Assembly: GCA_012727815.1 (NCBI GenBank)
Contig: JAAYGI010000068.1
Span: forward strand, 7,404 to 71,403
From: Erysipelothrix sp.
GTDB lineage: Bacteria > Bacillota_I > Bacilli_A > Erysipelotrichales > Erysipelotrichaceae
Reading direction: 5' to 3'
Length of the DNA: 64,000 bases
The notes under the pieces were generated by a model, which worked only from the letters and a program-made list of their open reading frames with translations, searched no databases and had not been told where the DNA came from. Position 1 is the first letter of the stretch. The number at the start of each line of letters is the position of its first letter. Below are positions 62,995-64,000 of the stretch, piece after piece. Both the position numbers and the translations under genes were made by a program.

Positions 62995-64000
62995 ATGAAC
63001 AAAGTAGTAATAGTAAGTGCCAAAAGAATACCGATTGGCAAGTTTGGTGGTGCATTAAAGGATATAAGTGCAACTGACTTGGGATCATATGCAATTAATG
63101 GTGCACTTGATGCAATAAATATTGATAGAAAAGATATAGAACTTGTAATAATGGGTTCTGTATTACAAGCAGGCTTGGGACAAAATCCTTCCCGACAAGC
63201 TGCAATGAAAGCAGGAATTCCACAGGAAGTCCCAGCCTTCACAGTAAATGAAGTTTGTGGTTCAAGTTTGAAAGCAATTCATCTGGGAATGCAAAGCATT
63301 CAATTAGGAGAACAAAGCGTTGTTCTTGTAGGTGGATTTGAAAACATGTCACAAACACCTTATATTATAAAAAATGCACGTTTTGGAGCAAAGTATAATA
63401 ATCTTGTTCAAGAAGATTCTTTGTATCATGATGGTTTAATGGATGTCTTTTCCAAACAACCAATGGGTGTAACGGCAGAAAATGTTGCAAGTAAATATGA
63501 TGTATCTAGGTTAGAACAAGATACATACGCATATGAATCACAAGTTAGAGCTACTAAAGCAATTGAGTCAGGATATTTCAATGAAGAAATTGTTCCTGTT
63601 CAATTAAGACAAGGCTTACTAACTGAAGATGAAGGTGTTAGAAAAGATACAAGTATTGAAGGATTATCAAAACTTAAAACTGTATTTCAAGAAGATGGAA
63701 CAGTAACAGCTGGAAACTCATCAACATTAAATGATGGTGCGGCAGCAATCATCTTAATGTCTGAAGAAGAGGCAATGAAAAGAAATCTTAAAATATTAGC
63801 ATATGCTGAAAGTTATACAGAGATGGGTACTGACCCAAGTCTTATGGCTTACGCACCATACTATGCGATTAATAATCTTTTAGATAAAAATAAACTATCT
63901 ATAGAAGATATTGATCTATTCGAAGTTAATGAAGCTTTTGGATCACAAATGGTCGCAATTATAAGAGATTTAAAAATAGACAAAAATAAAATTAATATTA
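62995..64000 (+). CDS. acetyl-CoA C-acetyltransferase (thiolase; possibly the MvaE N-terminal domain), truncated by the window edge
   Basis: GAGGAG RBS; MNKVVIVSAKRIPIGKFGG, GQNPSRQAA, NEVCGSSL, TAGNSSTLNDGAAA, EVNEAF; divergent from mvaS. Confidence 0.9.
   Translation, partial: MNKVVIVSAKRIPIGKFGGALKDISATDLGSYAINGALDAINIDRKDIELVIMGSVLQAGLGQNPSRQAAMKAGIPQEVPAFTVNEVCGSSLKAIHLGMQSIQLGEQSVVLVGGFENMSQTPYIIKNARFGAKYNNLVQEDSLYHDGLMDVFSKQPMGVTAENVASKYDVSRLEQDTYAYESQVRATKAIESGYFNEEIVPVQLRQGLLTEDEGVRKDTSIEGLSKLKTVFQEDGTVTAGNSSTLNDGAAAIILMSEEEAMKRNLKILAYAESYTEMGTDPSLMAYAPYYAINNLLDKNKLSIEDIDLFEVNEAFGSQMVAIIRDLKIDKNKINI

Noticed and set aside
3998-63242. Many 60-155 aa antisense or overlapping ORFs in the track (e.g. 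11855..12229, 22279..22698, 30282..30749, 36629..37084, 51983..52357, 62991..63242)
   Set aside because: They are shadows of well-supported genes on the other strand or in another frame, with no recognisable motifs.
1-64000. CRISPR array, prophage, IS/transposase, rRNA or tRNA genes
   Set aside because: I saw no regularly spaced repeats, integrase, transposase or phage ORFs, or tRNA/rRNA signatures by eye.

Overview
This is an AT-rich Firmicute chromosome segment spanning the replication origin. Gene content (mevalonate genes mvaS and a thiolase, a short SRP RNA, ribosomal and replication protein style) suggests Erysipelotrichaceae, possibly Erysipelothrix; that assignment is inference. Most genes left of about 23 kb are on the minus strand: tdk, rpmE, guaC, pst-phoU-phoPR, rsmI-holB-tmk, mfd-pth, jag-yidC-rnpA-rpmH. 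Most genes to the right are on the plus strand: dnaA, dnaN, yaaA, gyrBA, serS, tadA, dnaX, nadK, mutSL-miaA, nox, dtd, folD, ychF, darA, ndk. I see no prophage, IS, CRISPR, rRNA or tRNA, and no clear multi-gene novel system; the window is mostly core genome. The best leads are: (1) an intact PTS EIICB-like membrane protein that has lost its sugar-binding and phospho-acceptor motifs and heads the mutS-mutL-miaA run; (2) two perfect parS sites inside other regulatory elements, one filling a promoter spacer and one in the serS T-box leader; (3) a TadA-GNAT fusion that keeps an internal RBS; (4) a recF-less yaaA-gyrB gap holding a perfect hairpin, plus an elongated DnaX followed by a PUA/EVE-like gene instead of ybaB-recR; (5) single-base lesions in folD (in-frame TGA) and a sortase (A7 frameshift); (6) a lipoprotein with tandem FMN-binding-like domains, and two unannotated small membrane ORFs.
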